Shown: positions 1-10,360 of the stretch, piece after piece
Position numbering within the stretch: position 1 is the stretch's first letter
Layout: each line of letters opens with the position of its first letter
DNA from: an uncultured Spirochaetota bacterium
GTDB taxonomy: Bacteria > Spirochaetota > Spirochaetia > SZUA-6 > Fen-1364
Length of the DNA: 64,000 nt
Reading direction: 5' to 3'
NCBI GenBank assembly: GCA_963820525.1
Contig: CAWGAA010000002.1
Location: forward strand, 640,001 to 704,000
Made by a program: the position numbers and the translations under genes
Notes under the pieces: model-generated
What the model was told of the DNA's origin: nothing
The model's database searches: none
What the model saw: only the letters and a program-made list of their open reading frames with translations

Positions 1-60
1 GACCGGTCCATCCGCATGTGCAGTGATTCTTCTCGTGCGCTTTTCACGTTCCGCGCTCCT

Positions 61-1089
61 CTAGCCTTTCCTCTTGTCCAGGGCAAAACGCTGCGCGAGA
101 ATCGCGATGAATGTCACGACGCCCTTGAGGGTGAATTGCCAGTCCGGCGAGAGCAGGAGCCCGGTGGCGGACGACGTCACCACGGCGAGGATGATCGCGC
201 CGACGAACATCCCGAGCACCGAGCCGAATCCCCCCGCAATGCTGACGCCTCCGAGCAGCGAGATGACCAGCGCGTCGAACTCATATCCTGTTGCCCGGCT
301 CGACACGCCCGCCTTGAACTCGGACGCCAGGAGAATTCCCGTGATGCCTGCCAGCAGGGAGCTGGTCAGGTAGAGCAGAGCGAGGTGCCTCTCCACCTTG
401 ATCCCGGAGAGTCGCGCAGCGACGGCGTTCGCGCCGATCAGGTACGTGCGTCTGCCGGCGACCGTCATCTTTTCCACGATGAAGGCGACAATGACGAGGC
501 CGATCATGATCAGGACCGCCACTTTAATGGACGTTCCGGGGATGGAGGTATTTCCCAGGACGCCGAAAACGTCGGGAAGGCTCGTGTTTCGCTGGGCGCC
601 CCGAGTGACGATCTGGGCAATGCCGCGTGAAATCATCATTGTGCCCAGGGTTATGATGATGGAGGGCACCTTCAGCCGAGCGATGAAAAAGGCGTTGACC
701 GCTCCAATGCCCATGGCGCCCGCCAGGGCAAGTGCGACGGCGATGCCATAGGGTAACCCCAGCCCATTGGCAAGCGCGTTTTGCGAAACGTTGTACCCCT
801 GGCAGAAATAGACGGAAAGAACGCCCGCCAGCGCGACAACCCCTCCTACCGACATGTCGAAGTTGCCGGTGATCAGCAGGAACGTGACGCCAATGCCCAG
901 GATGATGACGTACCAGTAGTTCGTGAAGAGATTGACGATGTTCTGCAGCAGGTAGAAGTTCGGCACAACGGCGCAGGCAACGGCGAAAAGGAAGACGAGG
1001 ACGCCGATCATGAACAGGGTGAGGAATGACTCGTTGCTCATCCTGCCCATGATCGTCGTTTTCCGCGCGTTTCTGGTTTCCACGTTCAT
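61..1089 (-). CDS. Sugar ABC transporter permease (RbsC/BPD_transp_2 family)
   Basis: Multi-TM protein with motifs GNFDMSVG, PSIIITLG, IGANAVAARLSGI and YEFDALVISLLGG; 4-nt overlap with the ATPase gene. Confidence 0.93.
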   Translation of the reverse strand: MNVETRNARKTTIMGRMSNESFLTLFMIGVLVFLFAVACAVVPNFYLLQNIVNLFTNYWYVIILGIGVTFLLITGNFDMSVGGVVALAGVLSVYFCQGYNVSQNALANGLGLPYGIAVALALAGAMGIGAVNAFFIARLKVPSIIITLGTMMISRGIAQIVTRGAQRNTSLPDVFGVLGNTSIPGTSIKVAVLIMIGLVIVAFIVEKMTVAGRRTYLIGANAVAARLSGIKVERHLALLYLTSSLLAGITGILLASEFKAGVSSRATGYEFDALVISLLGGVSIAGGFGSVLGMFVGAIILAVVTSSATGLLLSPDWQFTLKGVVTFIAILAQRFALDKRKG

Positions 1090-2576
1090 TCTCCACCCGT
1101 CACGATGTGGATAATCTTCTCGTTGTCGATGTCGCAGCCGTTGCGAAGAGCTGCCTTCATGTGCCCGTCGTACAGGAGATAGATGGTGTCGCAGATGTTC
1201 ATGATCTCGGGCAGCTCCGAGGAGAAAATCATGATGGATTTTCCCTCCTGGGAAAGCCGTCGGATGATCCCATAAATCTCGCTCTTCGCCCCCACGTCGA
1301 TGCCGCGCGTCGGCTCGTCGAGCATGAGCAGGTCAGCGTCCGCAAACAGGCACTTGGAAAATACCACCTTCTGCTGGTTGCCGCCGGAGAGCTTCGAAGC
1401 CTCCTTTTCCGTGCTGGATGTGGCGATCCGGAGCTTGTCGATGTAATCGAGCGTGACTTTTCTCTCGAGCGAGGAATTGACGAACCCGTTTCGCGATATT
1501 TTCCTCATATTCATGACGGGCACGTTGCCCCGGATGGTCAGTATCGTGAAAAGCCCCTGCGATCGTCTCTCTTCCGGCACGAGGGCGATCCCCGCCTCGA
1601 TTGCCTTATCCGGAGAGGGGGGGAGCTTCCTTCCCTTGAAGAGTATCTCGCCTTCGTAGTCGTCCACGCCGTAGATGGCGCGCGCCAGCTCGGTCTTTCC
1701 CGCACCCACAAGGCCATAGAATCCGACGATCTCCCCTTCATGGACATCGAAGGAGATGTCGGAGAGCTTGTGGTTGGAGAGGTTGTGTACCTGGAGGATG
1801 GCATCCTTGCATTCACCCTGTTTCGGCGTGTACTGCTCGAATACGGTCTTTCCGATCATCATCTTGATGAGCTCTGAACGTTCCGTGATCTCTGAGACGG
1901 GCCTCGTATCGATGTGCCTGCCGTCGCGCATGACCGTGACGTAATCTCCGAGCTCGAATATCTCGTCGAGCCTGTGGGAAATATAGATGACGGTCACGTT
2001 CTTCTCGCGAAGGCCCTTCACGATCTTGAACAACCGCGCGATTTCGCTTTCGGAGATCGCCGCCGTCGGCTCGTCCATGATGATGATATCCGACTCCGTG
2101 GCGACCGCTTTCGCAATCTCAACAATCTGCTTTTTTGCCACGCTCAACGTCGCCACCCGCTGCCGCGGGCTGATGGATGGCTCGAGGCTGTTCATGACGC
2201 TGACCATCTTGTTGATCTTGTCCGTTTTTCTCAGGAAGCCGAAGGTCGTGTCTTCCATCCCCAGCGAGAGATTCTCCTCGACGGTGAGCTGATCGACCAC
2301 GTTGAGTTCCTGAAACAGCGTGCTGATTCCTTTTTGCTTCGCGTCTTTCGGGCTGTGCGGGATGTACTCCTGCCCGTTCAGCAGGATCGTGCCGCTCGTC
2401 CGCGGCGTCGCGCCGGTGAGGATCTTGATCAGCGTGGATTTCCCTGCGCCGTTTTCCCCTACCAAGCAATGAACGGTGTTCCTCTTGATGTCGAAACTGA
2501 CCTTGTTGACGGCCCGCACGCTCGGGAAATCCTTCACGAGATCCCTGATTTCCAAGACGTTCCCAGTCAGTTCCAT
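1086..2576 (-). CDS. Sugar ABC transporter ATP-binding protein (RbsA/MglA type, two NBDs)
   Basis: Walker A GENGAGKST, DEPT, YISHRLDE; second NBD has LSGGNQQK and DEPTRGIDVGAK. Confidence 0.96.
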   Translation of the reverse strand: MELTGNVLEIRDLVKDFPSVRAVNKVSFDIKRNTVHCLVGENGAGKSTLIKILTGATPRTSGTILLNGQEYIPHSPKDAKQKGISTLFQELNVVDQLTVEENLSLGMEDTTFGFLRKTDKINKMVSVMNSLEPSISPRQRVATLSVAKKQIVEIAKAVATESDIIIMDEPTAAISESEIARLFKIVKGLREKNVTVIYISHRLDEIFELGDYVTVMRDGRHIDTRPVSEITERSELIKMMIGKTVFEQYTPKQGECKDAILQVHNLSNHKLSDISFDVHEGEIVGFYGLVGAGKTELARAIYGVDDYEGEILFKGRKLPPSPDKAIEAGIALVPEERRSQGLFTILTIRGNVPVMNMRKISRNGFVNSSLERKVTLDYIDKLRIATSSTEKEASKLSGGNQQKVVFSKCLFADADLLMLDEPTRGIDVGAKSEIYGIIRRLSQEGKSIMIFSSELPEIMNICDTIYLLYDGHMKAALRNGCDIDNEKIIHIVTGGE

Positions 2577-2595
2577 TTCTCCACTCTATAAGGAT

Positions 2596-2627
2596 GACGG
2601 GAGGAGAGTCCAGGACCTCCTCCCGTC
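2596..2627 (-). terminator. Intergenic stem-loop between the substrate-binding protein and ATPase genes (mRNA stabiliser or partial terminator)
   Basis: Inverted repeat gacgggaggag...ctcctcccgtc with no U-tract, directly downstream of the SBP gene. Confidence 0.55.
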
Positions 2628-2662
2628 GGCTTTGGACGCGTGCGGCGTCCATCGTGCGCCCT

Positions 2663-3691
2663 CTATTCGACGTTGGTTCCGAACTGGTCGTTCAGCCACT
2701 TCACCGCTTCGGCGCGCGGCATCGTCCAATAGGAAATGTTGTAAGCCTTGTAGAAGAACTCTTTTGCAGGCTGCGAGGTCGTTTTCACCTTGCCGTTCTT
2801 CACATCCATGATGAGGTCGATCCTGCCGCGGGCGGTCTCCTTCGGCGGCAGACCCATGGAGAGCTTCAGCGAGCTGTTGGGATCGTACACGCTCTTCATT
2901 TCGACTTCGTCGAAGTCGACGCTGCAGACGATTTCCGTCAGCGGCTTGCCGTTGTCGAATTTGCCCCTGCCGGCCTGCGTAAGAGCAGCCATCGTGCCGA
3001 CGGTCAGGTTGGACGCCTCGGAGTAGATGAGGTTCACTTCGGGATGCTGGGTAACGAGGTCCAGGATGATCTGCTTCGCCGCGTCGGGCCCCTTGCTCGC
3101 ATCCTGGCATCCGAGGTTCTTGGCCTTGGGATCAACGGAGAGAACGCCCTTCGCGAAGGGGTCGGTGCGTCCAGACTTCACTTCCACGTGGTTCGGCCAT
3201 CCCAGCTGCACCATGACGATCGGTTTGTCGGCATGCGCTGCTTTCCACTGCTTGGCCATTTCAGCGCCCATCGCGAAAGAAATGCCTGCCTCGTCGCTGC
3301 GTGCGGTCGGAATGCCGGTGTCGGCCAGGGGGCTGAAGAAGGACGTCATGATAATGCCCTTCTTGAGAGCGGCAAGAACGCCGGGCCGCGCCGCTTCAGC
3401 GTCCCAGATGTGAAGTGTAGCCGCGTCCATACCCTGCGCCACGACCTGGTCGATGTTCGCGGTCATCGTCGCGCTGTCAGACTTGCCGTCGAACGCGTAC
3501 ACCTCGGCGCCGTACTTTTCCTTGGCGTACTTCTTCGCCTCGGTGAACTGTGCTTGATGGAACACGTTGCCCAGATCAGATACAAAAAAAGCGATCTTTG
3601 CGGGTTTCGTGGCCTTTTCGCCGCCTCCACTGGCGAAAGCCATGGGGACGATCAAGGCCAGTACAATGATAAGAATTACTGCCCTCTTCAT
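2663..3691 (-). CDS. Sugar ABC transporter periplasmic substrate-binding protein (RbsB/LacI-like fold)
   Basis: Start moved to ATG 3691 behind RBS ggaggagga; signal peptide MKRAVILIIVLALIVPMAFASGGGE; Peripla_BP_4-like sequence. Confidence 0.9.
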   Translation of the reverse strand: MKRAVILIIVLALIVPMAFASGGGEKATKPAKIAFFVSDLGNVFHQAQFTEAKKYAKEKYGAEVYAFDGKSDSATMTANIDQVVAQGMDAATLHIWDAEAARPGVLAALKKGIIMTSFFSPLADTGIPTARSDEAGISFAMGAEMAKQWKAAHADKPIVMVQLGWPNHVEVKSGRTDPFAKGVLSVDPKAKNLGCQDASKGPDAAKQIILDLVTQHPEVNLIYSEASNLTVGTMAALTQAGRGKFDNGKPLTEIVCSVDFDEVEMKSVYDPNSSLKLSMGLPPKETARGRIDLIMDVKNGKVKTTSQPAKEFFYKAYNISYWTMPRAEAVKWLNDQFGTNVE

Positions 3692-3817
3692 CTTTTCTCC
3701 TCCTCCGGTGTAATTTGTGGAACCGCTCAACATACTTTTTCACTCTCTCCTTCGTTTCGTTCCCGCCTTCTTCTCCCGTCTCCTCCTCCTTTGCACGACG
3801 GCGCACTTTCCGCCGCT

Positions 3818-3866
3818 ATTTTCGCCTGCCAAAACCCATTTGTCAAGAAAAATCCTATTTCAAATA
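3818..3866 (-). promoter_or_regulatory. Sigma70-type promoter of the ABC operon with an upstream palindrome (candidate IclR operator)
   Basis: TTGACA(3846-3841)-17 nt-GAAAAT; perfect palindrome TATTTcAAATA at 3856-3866. Confidence 0.6.
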
Positions 3867-4376
3867 TCAACTGATACCTTCGCCGACGATCTTCCTGCGG
3901 CTATCCGAAGAAAATGGGTAGACCGTGCAGTCGTTCATGTACGTCCTCTCGGGCAGCGCGATCAGGCAGTTCACCGCGGAGGTCCCCAAGGCAAAGGGCG
4001 CATGGTGCCAGACGCCCGGTCTCAGGCAGCAGAGGGTGCCCTTCGGCACGAGGAACACCTCAGCCTGCTCGAACGGGAACTCCTTCTCAGGAACGGCCGG
4101 GGCCACGTGCATCAGGATGTCCCCGTCCAGCGGGAGCACGATCTCGCAGCACGTGTCGTGATACTCTGAAACGTCAATGACGAACGGCCTTTTCACGACC
4201 CTGCAGACGCCGAAGGACGCCACGGAGTTCACGCCGAGCTGGGACTGGACCATGTCCCGATAGAACTCGATGGGCTCCGCCCCGAGTTTCGGCCATACGG
4301 GGTTGATCATGTTCGCGTAAGCACCGAACTTCGCGAACCCTTCCATAGTGAGCTTTTTGTACTGGATCGTGCGCAT
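3867..4376 (-). CDS. Ureidoglycolate lyase/hydrolase (AllA)-like cupin protein
   Basis: N-terminal LTxEGFAKFG; metal motifs EYH...E and GVWHHAPF typical of the AllA-like family. Confidence 0.7.
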   Translation of the reverse strand: MRTIQYKKLTMEGFAKFGAYANMINPVWPKLGAEPIEFYRDMVQSQLGVNSVASFGVCRVVKRPFVIDVSEYHDTCCEIVLPLDGDILMHVAPAVPEKEFPFEQAEVFLVPKGTLCCLRPGVWHHAPFALGTSAVNCLIALPERTYMNDCTVYPFSSDSRRKIVGEGIS

Positions 4377-4377
4377 G

Positions 4378-5127
4378 TCAGAACCCGCTCACGTCCTGCG
4401 CGAGCCCGTACACGAGCATTTCAGGCACGCATCCGCCCCGGGTGAGCGCGCAGGTCTGGTAGACCATGTCGGCGAAGTGCTCGGGCCGCACCGCGAGGTT
4501 CTCGTCCCATTCGAACTTGCTCACGCCCTGGGACGCTTTCTGGAAGCCGGTGTTCGACCCGCCGGGCACCAGGAGCGTTACCGCGATCCCGTAGGGCCGC
4601 AACTCGGTATAGAGACACTTGGTGAACGCGTTCACCCCGGCTTTCGCCGCGGAGTAGACCGACCAGCCCGGCCAGGACCGCCGGTCGCACGCGCTTGAAA
4701 CGTTGATGATCTTGCCGAATCCCTGCTTCTTGAATTGGGGCGCGAAGGTCCGGCAGCTCATGATCGCGCTCGTGAGGTTCAGGTCGATGATCCGGCGGTT
4801 CACCTCATCGTCCATTTCCTCGATCGGCGCGACCTTGATCGCGCCGCCCGCGTAGTTGATGAGGAAGTCGACCTTCCCGAAATTGTCCATGCAGTTTTTC
4901 AGAGCGCGGGCGAAGGTCTCGGGTTTCGTCGCGTCGCCTTTGAAGGCGATGACCTTCGATCCCGATTTCTCGCACTTCGCGGCCGTCTCCTTCAGGCCCG
5001 CCTCGTTGATGTCGAACATGACCAGGTTGACCTGGTCGAGCTTCGCAAACAGCTCCGCGGTCGCCTTGGCAAAACCCGAGCCCACGCCCGAAATAACAGC
5101 CACTTTCCCCTTCAAAGAATCGCCCAT
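4378..5127 (-). CDS. Short-chain dehydrogenase/reductase (SDR)
   Basis: SGVGSGFA Rossmann motif and catalytic YSAAK; start ATG 5127 after RBS gggaggtg. Confidence 0.9.
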   Translation of the reverse strand: MGDSLKGKVAVISGVGSGFAKATAELFAKLDQVNLVMFDINEAGLKETAAKCEKSGSKVIAFKGDATKPETFARALKNCMDNFGKVDFLINYAGGAIKVAPIEEMDDEVNRRIIDLNLTSAIMSCRTFAPQFKKQGFGKIINVSSACDRRSWPGWSVYSAAKAGVNAFTKCLYTELRPYGIAVTLLVPGGSNTGFQKASQGVSKFEWDENLAVRPEHFADMVYQTCALTRGGCVPEMLVYGLAQDVSGF

Positions 5128-5180
5128 GCAATGCACCTCCCTCTCTGCAGCAGTGCTAAGCAGGATGCTCGTCGGATCGG

Positions 5181-5224
5181 ATTATGACATATTGAAAACG
5201 ATTTGTCAAATGAAATTTTAAATA
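5181..5224 (-). promoter_or_regulatory. Sigma70-type promoter with candidate IclR operator
   Basis: TTGACA(5209-5204)-17 nt-CATAAT with TG extension; TATTTaAAATT box at 5214-5224. Confidence 0.65.
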
Positions 5225-5459
5225 TGGTAAAAGATTTCTCACTCGAATTGAGCCGTCTGGTGGAAGGCACATCATCTGCCGGCTTCCGATCCGGCGCGGA
5301 CCCACTCCTCGACTGCGGCGGACTCGACGTAATTCCTTGTCCAAGCGTACTTAAAACTCCACCATCCCTTTCTTGAGCTTGCCTCAATTTGTTGAGCGTC
5401 TCCCATTCCCCCTTGAGACGTGTGTCCCGCTTGCCTCCCGAAGCGGCGCCGCCCCTCTC

Positions 5460-5488
5460 TTGACATGCCCACAGGGAAGATGTAATTT
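5460..5488 (+). promoter_or_regulatory. Sigma70-type promoter of the IclR gene
   Basis: TTGACA-17 nt-TAATTT upstream of RBS aggag. Confidence 0.5.
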
Positions 5489-5535
5489 GATTCGCCGAAG
5501 AGGCTCAGGCGAAAACCTGAGCAGGCAGGAGCATC

Positions 5536-6390
5536 ATGAGAGACAGTAATAGATCCAAGAAACTCAAAAGGGAATACTCGGCGCCGGCCGTCGACAGGGC
5601 TCTGGACATTCTTGAGTTCATGGCGAAACACCCCCGCCCGTACGGAGCGACGGAGCTGTCCCGGTGTCTGAAGATCCCCATCAATTCAGTGTTTCGCATT
5701 CTCAAGAGGCTAACTGAGCGGGAATATACTGTCCAGGATCCTCACTCTGACGGATACCAGTTGAGCACGCGGGTGTTCACTCTCGGCATGAGCCTCTACA
5801 CCCGGTTCGAGCTTCGGCAGCGCGCGCGGCCGCACCTGGAATGGCTGTGCAGAGAGACGGAAGAGACCTGCCAGATCCAGGTGCCTCAGGGAGAAAAGGT
5901 GCTCGTTTTGGACACGGTGAGCCCCGAGGTTGAGTTCTACCTCCGGGTGGTGCCTGGGAGCCTCATCTACTATCATCCGAACGCCTATGGCAAGGCGGTC
6001 CTCGCATTCCTGGACGAAGAGTACGTCAAGCAGATCCTTCCCCCGCGGCTGCCACGCCTGACGCCCAACACCATCGTGCTTCGCAGCGAGCTCATCAAGC
6101 AGCTGGAGGAAGTACGGCGGACGGGGCTTGCCTACGACAATGAGGAGTACACGTCCGGCATCCTTTGCATCGGTGCGCCGGTATTCAACGTCGAGGGCAA
6201 GGTCGTGGCAGGCATGGGGGTCACGGGCCTGATCAGCACCATCGACAAGACGCGGAAGGCGCTCTTCGAGGAGCTTGTCTTGGAAACCGCATACCGGGTC
6301 TCAAAGGACATCGGGTATTCAGGCGAGTTCTATGAAGGGAAAGTGCCCTCGCTGAAGCGATCGGGTGAGCAGCGGGCCGCGGGGTCCTGA
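5536..6390 (+). CDS. IclR family transcriptional regulator
   Basis: N-terminal APAVDRALDILE HTH; C-terminal effector domain with GKAVLA, LTPNTI and GLAYDNEEYTSGILCIGAPV. Confidence 0.95.
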   Translation: MRDSNRSKKLKREYSAPAVDRALDILEFMAKHPRPYGATELSRCLKIPINSVFRILKRLTEREYTVQDPHSDGYQLSTRVFTLGMSLYTRFELRQRARPHLEWLCRETEETCQIQVPQGEKVLVLDTVSPEVEFYLRVVPGSLIYYHPNAYGKAVLAFLDEEYVKQILPPRLPRLTPNTIVLRSELIKQLEEVRRTGLAYDNEEYTSGILCIGAPVFNVEGKVVAGMGVTGLISTIDKTRKALFEELVLETAYRVSKDIGYSGEFYEGKVPSLKRSGEQRAAGS

Positions 6391-6746
6391 AGCCTGCAAG
6401 GTCCGTCAAGCGGGCGGCATTTCGCCGCAGTGTGCGCCATCCCCGCGATGCTCCCGCACGCCTGAAGTCTCTCCGTGACGGCATGGTTCATCGGCTCTGC
6501 TGTCCATCCCTCAACGTTTGCGATTCTGACGATGCCCATGTGACGGCCTCGGCGAGGCAGGACGCGCGGGGCCGGTCAGGCAGGCCTGCGGAGCGGAGCG
6601 GGCCGAGACACACGGCATCGGCTCGGCTCCAGGCTGTGGCTTAACTCGGTACGCGCCGGGGCGCTTTTTCTATCTGCAAATCGGACGCCTCTCTGCCCAG
6701 TTGCCCCCTTTGAGATTCTTTGCCGGATGGCGCACGCCGTGTTTGG

Positions 6747-6802
6747 TATTTGATATAAAAAATTTAATTTTTCTTGACAAATGGACTTCCATGCTTCAAA
6801 AT
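6747..6802 (+). promoter_or_regulatory. Sigma70-type promoter of the catabolic operon with candidate IclR operator
   Basis: TATTTgATATA at 6747-6757; TTGACA(6774-6779)-17 nt-CAAAAT; shares atttttcttgacaaatgg with the 3841 promoter. Confidence 0.6.
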
Positions 6803-6864
6803 GCAGCCGGACATCAGTTAATGACCATGCCAAGGCCGCGACTGACGGAAGGGAAAGGGCAGTA

Positions 6865-7620
6865 ATGGACCTGCAGCTGAAGGGGAAGAACGCGATTGTG
6901 ACGGGGAGCGCAAGCGGCGTGGGAAAGGCCATCGCGCAGGTGCTTGCAGAGGAAGGGGCCAGCGTCGTTCTTTCGGACATTGACCTTGAAAAAGCCGAGG
7001 CGGCGGCCGCGGAGTGCAGGGCAAATGGCGCGCGGGCAATCGCGCTCCGGACCGATCTTTCCTCGGCCGCGGACTGCACGGCGATGATTGACCGAGCGGA
7101 GGAGCTTCTGGGTCCCATTGACATCCTCGTCAACAACGCGGGCATATGGCCCACGAACTTCGTTGTAGACATCCCCCTGTCGGAATGGACCAGAACCTTT
7201 GACATCAACCTGACAGCGGTCTTCCTGGCAAGCCAGAGATTCGCCCAGAAGGTGCTCGCCCGACACGGCCGGGGAAAGATCCTCAACATCACCTCGCAGG
7301 CTGCCTTCAACGGGTCCACAACCGGACATGCTCACTATGCGGCGGCCAAGTCCGGGGTTGTCACATTCACGATCTCCATGTCACGGGAGCTTGCGCCACG
7401 GGGAATCAACGTGAATGCCCTCGCGCTGGGCATGGTGGAAACCCCCATGAACCAGGATACCCTGGCAACCAGCAAGGAGTACTACGAGAAGCGCATCCAG
7501 ATCGGGCGCATCGCCAAGCCCGTGGAGGTGGCACGCTTCGCGGCGTTCCTGGTCTCGGGGTGCGCGGACTACTTCACCGGGGCGACCTTTGACGCCACCG
7601 GAGGAATGATAAGCCGTTGA
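6865..7620 (+). CDS. SDR family oxidoreductase (FabG-like)
   Basis: TGSASGVG, NNAG, YAAAK; start ATG 6865 after a purine-rich RBS. Confidence 0.92.
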   Translation: MDLQLKGKNAIVTGSASGVGKAIAQVLAEEGASVVLSDIDLEKAEAAAAECRANGARAIALRTDLSSAADCTAMIDRAEELLGPIDILVNNAGIWPTNFVVDIPLSEWTRTFDINLTAVFLASQRFAQKVLARHGRGKILNITSQAAFNGSTTGHAHYAAAKSGVVTFTISMSRELAPRGINVNALALGMVETPMNQDTLATSKEYYEKRIQIGRIAKPVEVARFAAFLVSGCADYFTGATFDATGGMISR

Positions 7621-7707
7621 GTAGTGAATGGACGGCTGACCGTACCTGATACCGCAGCCTGGGGTTGCACAGCGCGGCCTCGAGCCCGTCTCATGGAGGA
7701 CAATGAC

Positions 7708-8775
7708 GTGAAGCTAGTCGGTATCGGAGAGCTGTTCATCCCGCACCAGCACATTCGAAAGGGATTTGCGTCCTTCACGGAAAAGGGCGTGCGGGTTGAG
7801 ACTCTGGACTGGAAGCTTTCAGGCTTCCAGGAGCTGCAGAACATCAACCACCTGGTGGAGAAGGCGGGGAGCGACGCCTATGATCCCCCGGCCTACATCT
7901 ATGAGGCTGCGCGAGAAGCGGACATCCTTGTCACCGAGTTCTGCCCCGTAGGCAAGAAGCTTATCGACAGCTGCAGGCGCCTCAAGGCAATAGGGGTCCT
8001 GCGCGCGGGAGTGGAGAACGTGAACGTCGCCCACGCCACGGAAAGGAACGTGCTCGTCTACAACACGCCCGGCAGAAACTCGGACTCCGTGGCCGACTTC
8101 ACCATCGGGATGATCATCTCGGAATGCAGGAACATCGCCCGGGGCCACCACGGCCTGAAGAACGGGCGGTGGATCCGAGAGTATCCCAACCAGGGCCGCA
8201 TCCCCGATCTTCCCGGGAAAATCGTTGGGCTTGTCGGCCTTGGGGAGATCGGCCAGAAGGTTGCCAAGCGCCTTGCGGGCTTTGACGTCGAGGTGCTCGG
8301 CTATGATCCGTTCGTGAAGGATCCGCCCTACGGTGTGAAGATGGTCGGCCTGGAACGGCTCATGGCCGAGTCGGATTTCGTGAGCATCCATGCCCGGCTC
8401 ACTAAAGAAACGGAAAAGCTCATAAGCCACGAGCTCATTTCACGCATGAAGCCGACGGCCTATTTCATCAATACGTCCCGGTCCGGACTTGTGGATGAGA
8501 ATGCGCTCTATGAGGCCCTGAGAGAAAAGCGCATCGAGGGGGCGGCTCTCGATGTGTTCGACAAGGAGCCTCCGGGAAACGATTACCCGCTGGTGCTCCT
8601 TGAAAACGTGACGTTGACCCCCCATATGGCGGGCGGCTCCAACGACGCTTTCTTCAATTCCCCGGCGCGCCTCGCGGCGGAGATGATCAAGCTATGGAAT
8701 GGAGAGAGCTCCCGATTCGTGGTGAACAAGCAGGTCTTCGCCAGCGCCGCGCGGAGCTTCACGTCGGGAGCGTAG
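7708..8775 (+). CDS. D-isomer-specific 2-hydroxyacid dehydrogenase (SerA-like)
   Basis: GLGEIG NAD-binding motif, INTSRSGLVDE, LDVFDKEP, LTPHMAG; probable GTG start 7708 after ggagga. Confidence 0.9.
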   Translation: MKLVGIGELFIPHQHIRKGFASFTEKGVRVETLDWKLSGFQELQNINHLVEKAGSDAYDPPAYIYEAAREADILVTEFCPVGKKLIDSCRRLKAIGVLRAGVENVNVAHATERNVLVYNTPGRNSDSVADFTIGMIISECRNIARGHHGLKNGRWIREYPNQGRIPDLPGKIVGLVGLGEIGQKVAKRLAGFDVEVLGYDPFVKDPPYGVKMVGLERLMAESDFVSIHARLTKETEKLISHELISRMKPTAYFINTSRSGLVDENALYEALREKRIEGAALDVFDKEPPGNDYPLVLLENVTLTPHMAGGSNDAFFNSPARLAAEMIKLWNGESSRFVVNKQVFASAARSFTSGA

Positions 8776-8778
8776 GCT

Positions 8779-10293
8779 TTGAGCGGAAGATCGGGGAGGC
8801 CATTCTTTCTCTCTATTGACTGCGGCTTGACCGCGACAAAGGCCGTCGTGATCTCCGCGGACGGAGAAGAGCTCGGCACGGGCCTTGAAAAGACAGAGGT
8901 CATTACAGGCTCCGACTCCAGCGAGATCGAGATGGACGGCCAGTGGCAGAGGGCCGCGCGGGTTGTCCGCAAGGCGCTCGTGGAGTCGGGAGTGAGGGCC
9001 CGGGAGATCACCGGGGTCGGGGTCTGCGGCCATGGCGGCGGTATTTATCCCGTGACCGCCTCAGGCGTCCCCGTCTGCAAAGCGTTGACCTCAATGGACG
9101 CCCGATCCGCCGAGACGGTGGCTCGCTGGCAGCGGGAGGGGATCAGCTCCTACCAGAAGAGCCGCCATCACCCCTGGCCGGGTCAGTCCCTGCCGCAGCT
9201 TGCATGGCTGAAGGCGGCACGGCCGCAGGCCTTCAAGAGCACCCGCTGGGTCCTCAGCGCCAAGAGCTGGGTGGCTTTCAGGCTTACCGGGATGCTTTCC
9301 GCGGACCGTACCGATGCGAGCAATTCCGGGTTCGTCAACCTTTTGTCCGGCGGCTATGACGCGGGGATGCTCGAGGTTTTCGGGCTTCCTGACGCCTTCG
9401 AGAAGCTTCCCCCGCTCCGTGACAGCACAGAGATCATTGGAGAGGTGACCTCTCAGGCGGCGGAGGAGACGGGCCTCTCCGCCGGCACGCCCGTGATTGC
9501 CGGCATGCTGGATGTCATGGCATGCGCCCTGGGAAGCGGTGCGCATGATGCCGGCAAGTACAGTCTCATTGCGGGCACCTGGAACATCAACATGGCCTTC
9601 GAGGGCAGGCTTCTTCCTGCGCCGCCGAGCGTGAAATGTTCCCTCGGGGCCGACGGCAGGCAGATCGCCTACGTTGAGTCCAGCGCCACCTCGGCCGGAA
9701 ACCTCGAGTGGTTCGTGGACAGCGTCATCATGCCATTCGCCGGCGGACTCTCCCGCGCCGAGATCTACGATGCCGTGAACGAGGGTGTCCAGAAACTCAA
9801 TGCCGCGCAAAGCAGCGTCCTGTACTTTCCCTTCCTTTATCGATCGCACCTGGCCCAAAGCATGGACGCGGCCTTCCTCGGCATCCGCGCGGGGCACGGC
9901 GTGCATCACCTTCTCGGGGCGATCATGGAGGGGGCGGTATTCGCGCATCGCAGGCACCTGGACATCCTGGCGGCATCCGGCCTTCGGCGCGCGGCGGCGG
10001 TGCTGTCCGGCGGAGCGGCGGCAAGCCCGGTCTGGTGCCGCATGTTCGCCGATATCACGGGACTTTCCATTGAGACGGCGCGCACATCCCAGGCAGGGGC
10101 CCTGGGTGCGGCGATAGCTGCCGCCGCGGGAACGGGCGCCTATCGGAGCCTTTCCGCCGCCGCGCTTGCCATGGTGAAACCCGCGGCGCGCTATGATCCG
10201 GACCCGCATATGCGCGATGTGTACGAAGAGAAGTATCGCGAGTTCAGCCGGATCATCGACGTGATGGAAGCATCCGCGCCACGAGCGCGCTGA
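8779..10293 (+). CDS. FGGY-family carbohydrate kinase (L-xylulokinase/LyxK-like)
   Basis: IDCGLTATKA, GHGGG, AGTW, SGGAAASPVWCRMFADI, GALGAA. Confidence 0.9.
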   Translation: MSGRSGRPFFLSIDCGLTATKAVVISADGEELGTGLEKTEVITGSDSSEIEMDGQWQRAARVVRKALVESGVRAREITGVGVCGHGGGIYPVTASGVPVCKALTSMDARSAETVARWQREGISSYQKSRHHPWPGQSLPQLAWLKAARPQAFKSTRWVLSAKSWVAFRLTGMLSADRTDASNSGFVNLLSGGYDAGMLEVFGLPDAFEKLPPLRDSTEIIGEVTSQAAEETGLSAGTPVIAGMLDVMACALGSGAHDAGKYSLIAGTWNINMAFEGRLLPAPPSVKCSLGADGRQIAYVESSATSAGNLEWFVDSVIMPFAGGLSRAEIYDAVNEGVQKLNAAQSSVLYFPFLYRSHLAQSMDAAFLGIRAGHGVHHLLGAIMEGAVFAHRRHLDILAASGLRRAAAVLSGGAAASPVWCRMFADITGLSIETARTSQAGALGAAIAAAAGTGAYRSLSAAALAMVKPAARYDPDPHMRDVYEEKYREFSRIIDVMEASAPRAR

Positions 10294-10360
10294 GACGGAC
10301 GCCGGGTCGGCGGAGCAGGCGGGCCCCGCCAGGCACACACCAGCCATGAAGGAGGAATAA

